NCBI GenBank assembly: GCA_013239625.1
Contig: MU054187.1
Location: 19,876,200-19,931,796, forward strand
Direction of reading: 5' to 3'
Length of the DNA: 55,597 bases
From: Lama guanicoe
Lineage: Eukaryota
The notes under the pieces were generated by a model. That model did not search any database. It had not been told where the DNA came from and saw only the letters and a list, made by a program, of their open reading frames with translations. Position 1 is the first letter of the stretch. Each line of letters begins with the position of its first letter. Position numbers and translations under genes: made by a program. This document shows, piece by piece, positions 9,898 through 21,990 of this stretch.

Positions 9898-12800
9898 ACG
9901 CTGCATCACACTACTTTCCTGTTGAAAGGAAATTTATCACAGCTTCAAAAGAGTCATTCTAACTATATTATCCATGGATAGCGGTTTGAAAGTGCCATCT
10001 TTCTAAATGAAGAGCGGCATCACACAAAACTGGAGACCTTAATACACGCTTGAAAAGGCTACTGAGGACACTGGGTTTTCTAGTTAACTGGGAAGTGCAA
10101 AGGCATGGTTTCTACTTCTATTACTTATATACATTTCTCTGTGAATAAGATTAAGTTAAATTTAGACATTACCATTTGGAGCTCTTTATAGTTTGTAGAC
10201 TTAGTCCTCACCCACTCCCTGTAATTGCTCATTCCATGTACATATGGATGTTTGTTTAATACTGAACTTGACCTCTTAAGCTTTTTCTATGTTGATGAGA
10301 AAGCAGTGGTTTGATTCGTCAAGATCAGAAAAACAATATGATCTTCCAAATGATTTTGCCTCATACGTACCAACAGTATTGGTTGAGGCTTTTTTTAAAA
10401 AAAATCAATCTCCTATAATTTGTTATGACTTCACACAGGCAATACTTGTAGTTCATGGAGATTCTCCACGCTCGGTACCACTGGCCCATTATTTAACCTC
10501 CAGATTTTGTAATTTTGAAATCGTCTAAGAAGTAAATCTAGTAACTGAATTATTGTTTATTTGAGCCCTGCCAGGTGGAAGTGCATTTATCAACACTCAC
10601 CTGGAATCTGAGGTTCTTTTCTTGAATAACCTGCCAGCTGAGTCCCTAAATGTTTGTAGAGCCTTCCAAATAAATCTCAAAGCATTTTAAAGGAGAGCTG
10701 TCACATAGATTTTTGTCCTTTATTTGTATCTTTGGCTTTGTAAGGGGTCCTTTTCAAGAGTGCGCTGTGGTGGAGCTAGAGGTGGTTACAATAGAAGATG
10801 GTTTCTTGCAGAGAGAAAGCTTAGTTTAGACGTTTCACTTCTTTAACATTTCTTTCCAAACTTCTATCAAAAGCATCCATCGGGGGGCCCTTAAAACACG
10901 TCGGGGATATGCTGTGAAAGACTGTCCACCTCTCATAGCCAATAGCAAAAGTCAGCCAAAGGTGACCTTTTTTCCCTATTTTGTAGCTCATCTGAGGAGC
11001 TTGCTTTTTGAACTTTGGCAACTTCTTCAACCAGACAGCCCTCTCAACAGTCAATCTTTGACAGCCCAGTGGGTGAGTTAATTGCTTCTCATTGTAAAAA
11101 ATCTGCAAGGTTCACTTTGCAAAACACTCCGCAGTTAGTGGTGTGAAACTCGCCTCCAAAAATTAGACAGCAGTCCTAGGACCCGGTAACAGGGATTCTT
11201 TTTCATTCTCTTTAAACTTGCTGACAGCACGTTTCAACTGTGCTCCTCCTGAGTGCGGGGCTCTGAGCCAAGGGCTCTACATAGCAGCCTTATGAAGTAG
11301 GTAATATTCTTAGACCCATTTTATAGGCAACGAATCTGAGACTTAGAGAAATTATGGTTTGCACATATTAAGTGGAGGAATTGGGGCTTTGACTCTAAAA
11401 TATGTCTGTAACCACCACAACTCTCCAGCCTCTCTCATTGTATCTTTGCATGGAGAATGCATCGTACATGGGTATAAGTCCACCAGAAGTGATTAAATGT
11501 CTCAATTTTAAAACTTGTTACATAGAGTTGTGTGCATTTGTGTGTGTGTTTGTACCAGAACTAATCTGAGGGAAAATGTGAGGCTTTCCTAATTCCCTGA
11601 ATTGTTGTTTCAAGAGCAAAGGTCTGGAAAAAACAGGGTCATGACACAGAAATAAATAGCTTCTAGAAGCAAAGCACTTAAGTTCATATCCAGAATCCAC
11701 CCTCCTAGATGACTGATCTTTGCAAAAGTCACTTTTTGTGTCAAAGACTCTTTTTCCTCATTTGTCAAAATGGCAATACTCATAGCCCCTCTTTGTGAGG
11801 AGTCAGTGAGATAATACATACTGTAATGCAGGCCAAATGGCAGTGGGACTTTACCAGTGTTAGGTGATTTCTGTTTTCTGTAGTAAAATATGTCCTGTGT
11901 GTTTGTGTGTGTAGAGGAAAGGGGGGCTGTTTATCCCACTGTTTTTACCAGAAAGTCAATTTCATCTTTATAAAATATTTTATAACAAATGATTCCTGGT
12001 GGAGTTGAACAGTGACCCATATTAAGAATAGGAAAACAGTGAAGAAAAATATTTACACCATTGCTTAATAGAATTTTTCTTGCACCACAATTATATTAGT
12101 TATACATGGGTGCTTTTGAGATTCTAATACGATTGCCTTATTGTAGACCTTTTACTTGCCAAATTTACCTCACTTGAGTTCTTTTTTAAAAGCTATCATT
12201 TTATAAATTGTTTATTTTGTTCACTAGGTAAAAGAATGACTCTTTTATATAAAATTTTATATTGGGAAAGAGCAATAATGATACTAAATAAAACCTATAA
12301 AGCCCTTTCTATGTATTTGACACTATTAAACAGTGTGACTTTTTTGATGTTTCCAAAAGAAAGAAAAATTCAACACTGATTTAAATTAGAAAACTACATA
12401 TTAGCAAATACATATAGTTATCTAGAGCTAGCCTAAATTCTGAAAACTACACAAGAGTACTTTTAATTTGTCTGGGCACACATTATATTGACATTCCCTG
12501 AAGTAAAGAACAGTTTCTTTCTCCTTCAAAACCAGTAGTTTTGTGAATGAAAGACTCAAATCCTTTTTGGAGTATTGTTCACTTGACTCTTAGAAAGTGG
12601 AGAAATGTGTTGGGCCATAGGAAATGCTCTAGATGGTTTAGAACTGAGATGCATGTGGCAGAATACTTTTGACACCCAGGTGATTCACTCAGCAGTCAAT
12701 GACCGAAAGAATCCAAAGAATGATGCTAAGGTGTCTGCTGTTCTAGGTGCTGGGAGCTGTTCAACAGGGGATGAAACAGAAAAACTTTCTTTTGAGTTGT

Positions 12801-14543
12801 ATGGAGCCAGATCAACTTCCACAGAGTTTCTCCTACATTTAATTATGGGGCTGACGTTGCATCTTCTCTCTCAAAAAAGGTAGCACAAGAACCTGTGATG
12901 CAAGTTATCTATATTGTATTTTTAGCTAGATCTTAATAATCCTGGGGGCTGACTTCATGTTAAAATAATAGGAATTAGCTTCTAACCACGATTTTGGTTA
13001 ATCTGAAAATTTTCTGTGTCTGCTAAGAATAAAAAAAACTCTTTTCTTAAAATTCTTAAGGCTGATTCATGTGCTGGACAGGTCATTTAATATGCCATAT
13101 TTCATTGACCTTGACAAAATAGACCTCTAACTACCACTAAAAATCCTTAGCACTGGGCAGCTCTTTAGGGATTCAGGATTTAGCTACTTACTCAGTTTTT
13201 GGCAAAAGTTTCTAACATGTCAGCTGGACAGATTTTTCCATTCTGTGCTTCTGATCTCATAAAATCTCATTGCCCATACACGTGTTTTTGATGCCATAAT
13301 TTCTTCTTTTACATTTCTAGCTGTTTCCTGGCCAGGTTTGGGTATCTGTCTCTTGCCGCTGATTCATGAGCACTCTGGCCTCGGGAAGGACAGAGTGAAA
13401 TTTCATAGAGCACTTTGGCATGTCTCTCTCCACCATTACTCATAGGCTCTGGACATAAATAATTTGTTAGGTACAGAATGTGCAGAAATATAAAGAGGAG
13501 TGGCTGATGAGATAGTGAGTCAGGAGACATTATTATGTGTGGGCATCTGATGGAAGATTTAGGATGCCAAGGAGTTTAGACTTGATCTGATAGCAGAGAG
13601 GAGGTCCTTGAGTATGGGAATAGTGTAATGAAAACTACATTTTATAAGAAGACCTTGAAATAATGTCTTGGATAAGCTAACATGGGAAAAAGTAGGGAGC
13701 AATAGCAAGTTATAATATTATAGGCAGGTGATAATGAGGTTTTAATGATTATTTTAAGTTTTCTCTGTTTTGGTAGAATATGATTAAAGGTAAAAATAAT
13801 ATTTTTTTAAATAAATTTTTGAACAACTGGAAAGCATAAAGATTGAGATAGTCTTGAAAACTTTAAGTAATGAGTTTAAGTTTCTTCTAATTTTCATCTT
13901 CCATTGTCCATCTTAGACTTCTTTGTGCCATGCCTCTGTCTCAGTTACACAATTCCTGCCCTGAGCGGAATGATTTGGAAGTGATTTTAGGCTTCTGTAG
14001 TTAGACATTTTTACTTGAAAGAGAAGTTTTAGATAACCCATAGTAATATCTGTGTTTGTTTCTTTTACTATACCGTTGTTTAACCTAACACATAATTCAT
14101 CTTTACCAAAAAAATTCAACTATAAAATTATAAAAGATGATATAAAACATAGTTATACATTCTTCATCATCTATTTGCTCATTCATTCAGCAAATATCTG
14201 TCTTCTTAAGAACTTTTAATTAGCACTTATAAAGCACTTCTGAGTGACTGTGAAAGGCAGATTGCTGTGGGTTTTGAACTTGTACTTCTGAGTTCCCCTT
14301 AAGGCCCACTCCTTCAAGGTCTTCACTGGTAGTCTTAGGTAAAACAATTGCAGCCATATATCCCACCTACTTTATACCCAGGAACTTAAATAGATTAAAA
14401 ACTGACTCAACAGATAAGCTAGGGTTTGTTATCTCAAGTGGTGATATATTTCCATATTTCTTGCTAAACTGAGAACATATATTCATTAAAGAGGAACACT
14501 AAAATCCAATCTACTTTAATTATTTAATATCAGCTCTCTAGGT

Positions 14544-14817
14544 CTGAGCTGATATACTAGCCACTAACTAAATGTGACTAGTCTAAGTTGAGATGTACTC
14601 TGTGTAGAAAATGCACAACAGATTCTTAAGATTAGTACAAAAGAGTAAAATATTTCATTAATACTTTTTGTAATGTTTACATCTTGAAATATTTTTTGAA
14701 ATATTGCATTAAATGAAATATATTATTGGAATTATCTCATTTGTTTATTTTTTAGTACAGCTACTAGAAAATCTAAAGTTCAACAGGGAGCTTACATATT
14801 TTTATGTGACAGTACTC
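14544..14817. mobile_element. MER33-like hAT-Charlie DNA transposon
   Basis: 8-bp TSD ctctaggt/gtctaggt; internal 'tagccactaactaaatgtgactagt' and 'gctactagaaaatctaaa'. Confidence 0.75.
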
Positions 14818-15714
14818 GTCTAGGTTAAATATTCTTGCAAATACTTTTGCAAATGAGTAGGCCTACGAAAACTGTATTTGCCAAATTTTCTTTGGTTCTA
14901 TATATTGTTAACAGCATGCCAGGAACATTTTCAGCACTTTATATATATCTTTTCATTTAATTATCTGCCAAATCCTATGATGTTGGTGTTACCCACATTT
15001 TACAAATAAGGAAACAGAGTCAATGAAGATTAATGACTAAGTAGAAGAGACACAAGCCCAGGCAGCCTGCTTCTAGAGTCTACATGCTAAACTTCTGTGC
15101 TATTCTGCTATTTTCTAATTAATGGGCTACCTCCTTGTTATGGGTCCCTCTTCACAAATATTTCCATTTATTGCCAGTTTCCATTTGCCAGGAATAATAA
15201 TAGAATCAATCAGAGAAACACCGTAGAAGGTGAACTGAACTTAAGTAATTAAATTTTGAAACAGAAACTAACATTTAGGTTATCGTGAGTGTTTTACTTC
15301 TTCTGCATCTATATTTTATAAATTATATATATTCTTTATTACAGGTATTCAATAAAAATTCAAATTCAATTCAACTTACCTTGTCTTGACTTAAACTAAC
15401 AGTAAAACTATTGAGGGATTCTTGGGCATTGCCAGTGGTTGGCATTTGCATTTTCCTCTGGATCTCTGGTCTTTCAGATCAAAAGACAGAACAGAATATA
15501 GAAATGGAAAGACAGAATCCCCAGGCCCAGTCTCTGCCATGCCCGAAAACACCAGTTACAGTGTAGTGACAAGAGTCTCAGCAAATCAGCTAAGCTGAAT
15601 TTCTTTTTTTACTCTGAAGCTCTTTGAAAGACATCTTCTGACAACACATCTGCAGAACTATCTCCACAGTGTTCATTCAGTTGACCAGTTTTGCTTCCTT
15701 TGAGTCTGTTCTGT

Positions 15715-15935
15715 TTTTTTTTTAATTGAAATATAGTCAGTTACAATGTGTTAATTTCTGGTGTACAGCATAATGTCCCAGTCATGCATATATATATATA
15801 TAAATATACATACATTTATTTTCATATTCTTTTTCATTAAAGATTATTACAAGATATTGAATATAGTTCCCTGTGCTATATGGAAGAAATTCGGTTTTTT
15901 ATCTATTTTTATATATAGCAGTTAACATTTGTAAT
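15715..15935 (-). mobile_element. L1 3'-end fragment (antisense)
   Basis: T-run followed by 'aattgaaatatagtcagttacaatgtg' and 'caagatattgaatatagttccctgtgctata', typical artiodactyl L1 3'UTR; similar to 25236-25413. Confidence 0.85.
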
Positions 15936-16869
15936 CTTTTATCTACTCTCATTCCTTTGACGAGTTGACATTCAAAGTGTGCATCAGATTAGCTCTATCT
16001 CTGAGCAGAGATTTCTCTTCACTTTCATAAAAGGTAACTCCAAGTTTATTAAAAGCTTTCAGTGGCATTAAGAACCGGTGTTTTCAAAATGTACAGTAAA
16101 TTGCACAGAAAATGGTCTTTAATTTTTCTGATCTAATTCTGGAAATAATTTCCTGACTGTTTTCCCCATTGTTCTGAGGATATGTGGAAAATGGTGCAGA
16201 GTTTAACAGATGAAAGGATTTAAAGTATAGTCTATCTCCTTAATGTTCTGTGCTTTGAAATGTCTTAGCATTACAGCTACTTTTGATTTTGAAGTGTGAT
16301 ATATGAAATTTTAATTCAAACGAACAGGCCTCTCATTCGACTATTGTGAGTGTGTGTTTGAAGAAAGTAAAAGACAAGGGAGCTGTAAGTTAATATTGTT
16401 CTGAAATTTGGTTGTTGTATTGCTAGTGACAATCAGCCTATGGGCTTCTGTATTTGTCAGAGAATGGAAGGTCTAATTGCCAAGTTAACTTCCCTGACGA
16501 TTCAGGCTATCCTTCAGGTTTTATGACATTTATACTGATTTTTCCCTGTTGTTGAGATTCGGGTTCTTCTTTCAGGTTATCTCTTCTATTCAGTTTCAGA
16601 CCCCACTAAACATTTTTGGGAGTATGTATATTATCAGGCAGCTATAATCTCTCCACTTTTATGCACCTGCAAAACAAGATCATAGAACAAGCTTAATTAC
16701 CTAAAAACAGTAAGGAGGCATTCAATCTACAGACTAGATGTGCTATACCATCATTCAGCTAACTCCAAAACTTCAAACTATCTGCAAATATTAGCAAACA
16801 CCTCAACAAAACATAGTAATGAAACTACTGCATTCTTTCTCTTTTCCTTCCTGCTCGGAGACTTTCATG

Positions 16870-17325
16870 TCTCTCCTCTGTTTAAATTTTCCAATGTCAG
16901 CCTTCTGCACTAGGGTCTAATCCTTTGCAATGACCTGCAACACACTATATGATCTGGCCCCAGTTATTCCTCCATTGCTCACTGCTCTCCACACACTGAC
17001 CCTCTTTCTGTGGATCTTGGCATTGGTTGCTTCTTCTACCCCAATTTTTCCCTTAGATTTTCTCATGCCTGAGTCCTTCCTGCCATTCAAGTTTCAGCTC
17101 AAATATTACTTTCTCAGGAAAGTGTTATCTCTCTGCTCACTTTGAAGTGACTTCCATCCCTACCCTTTACCCATATGAAACTATCTTATTTGTTCCTTTC
17201 TCTTCATTTTTCTCTCCCCCACTGTATTAAATTTCATGAGATCAAGAATCTTACAATTTTTGTTAATCCTTGCATTTCCTTATACTTCCTGGCACAGTAA
17301 ATGCTCAATAAATACTTGAATGGAT
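16870..17325 (+). mobile_element. L2 LINE 3' end
   Basis: Ends in the L2 terminus 'cctggcacagtaaatgctcaataaatacttgaatgga'. Confidence 0.8.
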
Positions 17326-19836
17326 ACAGGGATAAAGCCATCACATCATAACTTATACTTACATAGTGGCTACATGGATCAGCATTGTATTTGGGCAGGA
17401 TTTGTGCAAATGTTGTAAAATAGCCTTCATCAAAGGAGACAAAAGAAGAAAAATGGCTTGCAAAAGGGCTGCATTCATTATATGAATGAGGAGCTAACAA
17501 GAGTCATCTTGAAGTATGAAACAGTTCAAAGGCAAAGAGGAGACTTAACATTAGTTATGTGGCAGCACCTCTGAAAATTAAGGATGCAGTGAAATTAGAC
17601 TAATTGGATGAAGGAGTTTCTTTATTTCTGTAATCATTATTTGGAATCACCTATACCCCAAATCTATCTTACTAGGTTTCAGGAAAAGAAAGACAATTAC
17701 TTGGGCACAATTGCATTTTCTTCCTTTCTTACCGCAAAGCTTCAGTGCTTTTGGTTTGATAAATTGCCTAAACTACCTGGCTGGCTTGAAGGGAAAGTTA
17801 TGTTTTTACATTTATATTAAACAAAAAAACCTGTGCTTTAAAAATAAATCACCACATCTGATGGTATTGCCTCTCTTTCATTTGTTTGCTATCAAGTGTG
17901 AGTTAAAGGTTACATGCAGAACAGTCCCAGGGGTGCAATTTCCACTTCCAGGTAGCAGTAAAGCCCGGTAACCAATAACCGTCGCAAACAGAGGAGCTGT
18001 CAGAGGCCGGATTCATTGCTCCCATTCCCAGAGTCCTTTTGTTTTTAGAAGACACTGAAATATGTTCTCTTTTCTTAACCCACGAGAATTTCAAAGATGT
18101 CCTTTGACCTGTCTTTTGGCACCATACAATAAATATAGAAAAATCCCCAACACCTCCTTAAGATCACATTTTGGAGAAAAGACAGTAGGCACACAGAAGT
18201 TATGCTGAATGACAATAACTGTATTGTCTTAATGTGTTTAAAATTTGGCGCAGGGTGTGGACTTGGCGTAATTGTTGATGGGCAGCGTTTTCCCTGGGAA
18301 ATAGTGTCAACTGTGATGTATGTTAGGCTTGTTACCAGCCTGCCTAACTCACACTGCCGTTCCTGGCTTGATGCTAGTGTCTCCCAGCGCTTGTTATGAC
18401 TCTGTACATTGAAGTTCATGATGAATTTCCCCTAGCCTTTTCTTCAAAGTTGCACCTTTCTGGTTTTTCCAAGTAACGATAAATAATAAATACTCAATTT
18501 TCTAGGTGTGTGGCTTTTAAAATTCCTTTAATTTTTCTGAACCTAAATATCATTTATAGATTACCACTGAAAGGCATTACCCAAGATCTTACCCAACATT
18601 AAAATATAAAGTCGAACGAATCAAGGAACTTCTCCATGTGAGAAGATATTAGTAATAATATGTGTAACCTGTATTTTGTCTTTTTTTCATTCAGAAAGAA
18701 GTAGATTAACTGTTTAGTGATAACTTTTATAAGTAGTCTTTACTAAATGTTTGGAGAAACTTTTTAGATTTACATCATTTAAATAATAAGTTTTCAGCCA
18801 ACAGAAGTTGTTGCTCAGTCCTTTTTGCAATAATTGCATAAGTGATTGCCTAAAATATACGAAGATCAGTTATGAAATATATATTACAGCAGATGGCCAT
18901 GAGGAGAGCCAATGGGACAGAATGCTAAACAATACAAATTAAGAAAATCAGAGGTTAATTAAAGAAGATTAAGGGTACTTAAAGGGGCATGAATACCTAG
19001 AGACCTTCTCAAACAAAGGATTAGGATGTTGGTGCTGTGCCATGCTTTCCTCTCCAATGTGTTGCTAATGAAAGGACAGCGATGTGTAGAACAGATGAAA
19101 AGACTTCATTAGAATGCTATCTTCAGTAACCCAAATCCCTGATTCAACACACAGGGACGGAGTGTCATAAATTCTTGTGTAATTTGGTCTGGGTATTCCT
19201 CTCTCTTATTCTGCTCTACGCATTTGGATCCCATTAACTTTTAAAAGGACTTTCATGCACAGACGATAATAGGCACATTTAGTGGGCACAGTGACTACTT
19301 TATAGTCTTCCACTCCGGGAAGCACCGCTTTACAGAATGTTAATTCTCGAGAGCTTTGCCCTTAGCGACTCCTCTTCAATCAATATTTGTAGAATGAGTG
19401 AAGGAGGTTGTTGGGGGGAAAAAACAAACTGTTTCTCCTTAGATTTAGATTCAATTTTACACTTATATTTCAAGGGTCATCTGTTAAATCCTATCCATTT
19501 TTTATGATTCACCTCAAGTTAACATTTATACTCATCACTCATTTTTCATTCATTTATTCATTTAGTCTATATTTATTGATACCTATAGGGTGCTAGCTGT
19601 TTTGTTTGATAATGATGAATAAAGCAATCTTTATCCTTGATGGAGTCACTGTTTAAAGAGGAAACTGAATATGTAAATAATTTACATAGTTCAATGAGAG
19701 AGCTACTCTATTAAAAATATGTACAGATTCTAGGTGAGCATGAAAGAAGAAATTATATCTCTGCTTGGTCAGGGTGAAAGGGAAGAAAGTTTCATGAAGG
19801 GAATCAGAGAAGATAATTCCTGAACTGAATCTAAAA

Positions 19837-20056
19837 TAGGTATATGCAGACTGTAGGCTGCAGACCAAATCTGCCCATGTCTGTTTCTGTAAATAAAATT
19901 TTATAAGAACACAGCTATACCCATTCATTTAACCAAAGGTTACTTTCATGCTACGTGACAACAGAGAATTGAGTGGTTGTGATTGACGCAGCATGGCGGA
20001 CAAAGTCCAAAATGCTTACTCTCTGGTTCTTTACAGAAAAAGTTTGCAGACATCTG
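19837..20056 (+). mobile_element. MER58A-like hAT-Charlie element inserted in L2-like DNA
   Basis: 'gtaaataaaattttataagaacacagc' and 'ctttacagaaaaagtttgcagacatctg'; 8-bp TSD atctaaaa/gtctaaaa. Confidence 0.85.
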
Positions 20057-20859
20057 GTCTAAAAAAAGTTGGTTTTCCAGGGTCCCAGGTTAGACAAATA
20101 TGTCCAGAGATTTGGAGACATAATGAGAGAACATGGGTGACTAGAATAAAGATTAAATGTTCAGGAGAAAACAAAGAGACCACTGTGGTTAGGGTGACAA
20201 CTTCACACAAGAAGCAGAGGAATAAAGACAGAAAGTCGGTTGAGTTGAAATCGTAGAAGATTTTAAATGTTGGTGACACTCTTTAAACTCCAGGGAGAAC
20301 ACAGCATTCTGGGGAATGTTATAGTTCTCTAACTCAGCATTTAGAGGGGAGACACCCTACATGATAGTAGTTTCAAAAGAGGAGCTTTCTGCTCAGGAAA
20401 AGAGAGCAAGAAAGTCATATTTTTCAGTTTTGGGCTCATCTTTGGGATTATGTGTTTTTGGAATGTCATGCAGCAGGTATGGAAAGATAAGCCTGGGGTT
20501 GCCTGCCTATGTAGGAGGGGTCTCTGGCCAAAGTAAATCCATATCAGAACCAGGGTCTAGCCCTGGGTAAAGGAGGCATCATCTAGGCTACTGAAATTGG
20601 TCTAGTCTGGGCAAAATCATCCTTGCAATTTATAAATGAGCCATCTCAATTCATCATATAAGGGTTTGTGGGGGCAAAACCTTGACTAGATATAAATTTG
20701 AGGATGTAGAATTTGGGAGTCCTAGGTCTTGCCTATCTGTCACCACTCTTCACTGCAGAGTCATAAAAATAACAGTGAGAGGAGACATGGAGATGTGTGC
20801 TTCCAGCCCCCATCTTCCCCCATACAAATTGTGCCTGAATCTGGAAGGAAGAATGGCCC

Positions 20860-21040
20860 CCAAACCAGTTAGTTCACCAGAATCAACCGGAAAGCTTCTA
20901 AAGAGCGTATACTCCTGATCTGTACCCCAGACCTGATTCAGAATTTCTGGGCATGGACCCCCGAAATCCTTACCTTTCCAAAAGCCCCTTAGATTATTCT
21001 TATTATTCAACCATTTTGCTACAACATTTGGGAACCACTG
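20860..21040. mobile_element. MER5-like hAT-Charlie element
   Basis: 'cagaatcaaccggaaagctt', 'ccccagacctgattcagaatttctggg', terminal 'tttgggaaccactg'. Confidence 0.7.
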
Positions 21041-21714
21041 ACTCCCAAGACCCTGTCTGTACAGCATCACACACTTGTGTCTTTTCCACACAACACTAGA
21101 GATTTGCTATATGTATACTCAGTGACATGACTCATATAAAATCTAAAGAAATAGGTGTTTATTTGATAACCAGTATAAAAGCCACTGGAAGTTTTAATTA
21201 GGGAGTGATAGGAACTAGGGAGTGATATGTTCTAAGATTATTATTAATATGGCAGAGCTCTGTGGGTAGATTAGTGAGAACAAATGATTATGCACAGATT
21301 CAAGTCATAGAGTTGGAATTAATTTTGATCTCATTTTAATTTAAGCTTTTATCCAGGTAAGATTTCTTCCATAAATTTCACAACTGATGGCTATTAAGGG
21401 AAAACCTAAATTCTTTTAGGAAACCTCATTGCTACTTACAGAAAACCAGGATACTGTTAGATATGATGATAGAAGTCTCTTTCATATACCAAGCCAAAAT
21501 ATCCCCCTGTATTTTCCACTCAGTGATTGTAATTTATACATTCTTAAAACAATACTGAAGGAAATCAGTGTCCTCTATTTTAATTCACTTCTTATGCTTC
21601 TCCTTAGTCTTTTCTTTTCCAATCTAAAGTGCCTGGTTTTTCCAAATAAACCTCACAGAGTGGTTTTCAAATGTCTTATCACTTGGTACATGACCTTTTG
21701 AACATACATTGGAT

Positions 21715-21990
21715 CAGTGTTTCCCAAAGCATGCCCTTTGTGATACTAGTTCCGAGAGCTGCATCTTTAAAAAGGGGGTCCCATGGTCCAGTACATCTGG
21801 GAAAGGCTGGAAACCATCCCTTCGTAGAGCTTCACAGTGCACATTAGCATTTTCCAAGGGAAACTACGTAAAAAAAACCTGTTTTTAAAATGACTTCTGT
21901 TTAATCTTGTATTTTTCAAATTTATTTAATCACAATAGTCTTATATTCTGTAACATAGGAATACTCCATTGAACACATTTCCGGAAGTTG
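21715..21990. mobile_element. Old hAT-type non-autonomous DNA transposon
   Basis: Starts with hAT-like TIR 'cagtgtttcccaaag'; degenerate reciprocal end 'gaacacatttccggaag'. Confidence 0.55.

Noticed and set aside
9255..9962. 235-aa ORF
   Set aside because: It lies across an MLT1 LTR and a nested MER2-like element and resembles no protein I recognise; most likely a chance open frame.
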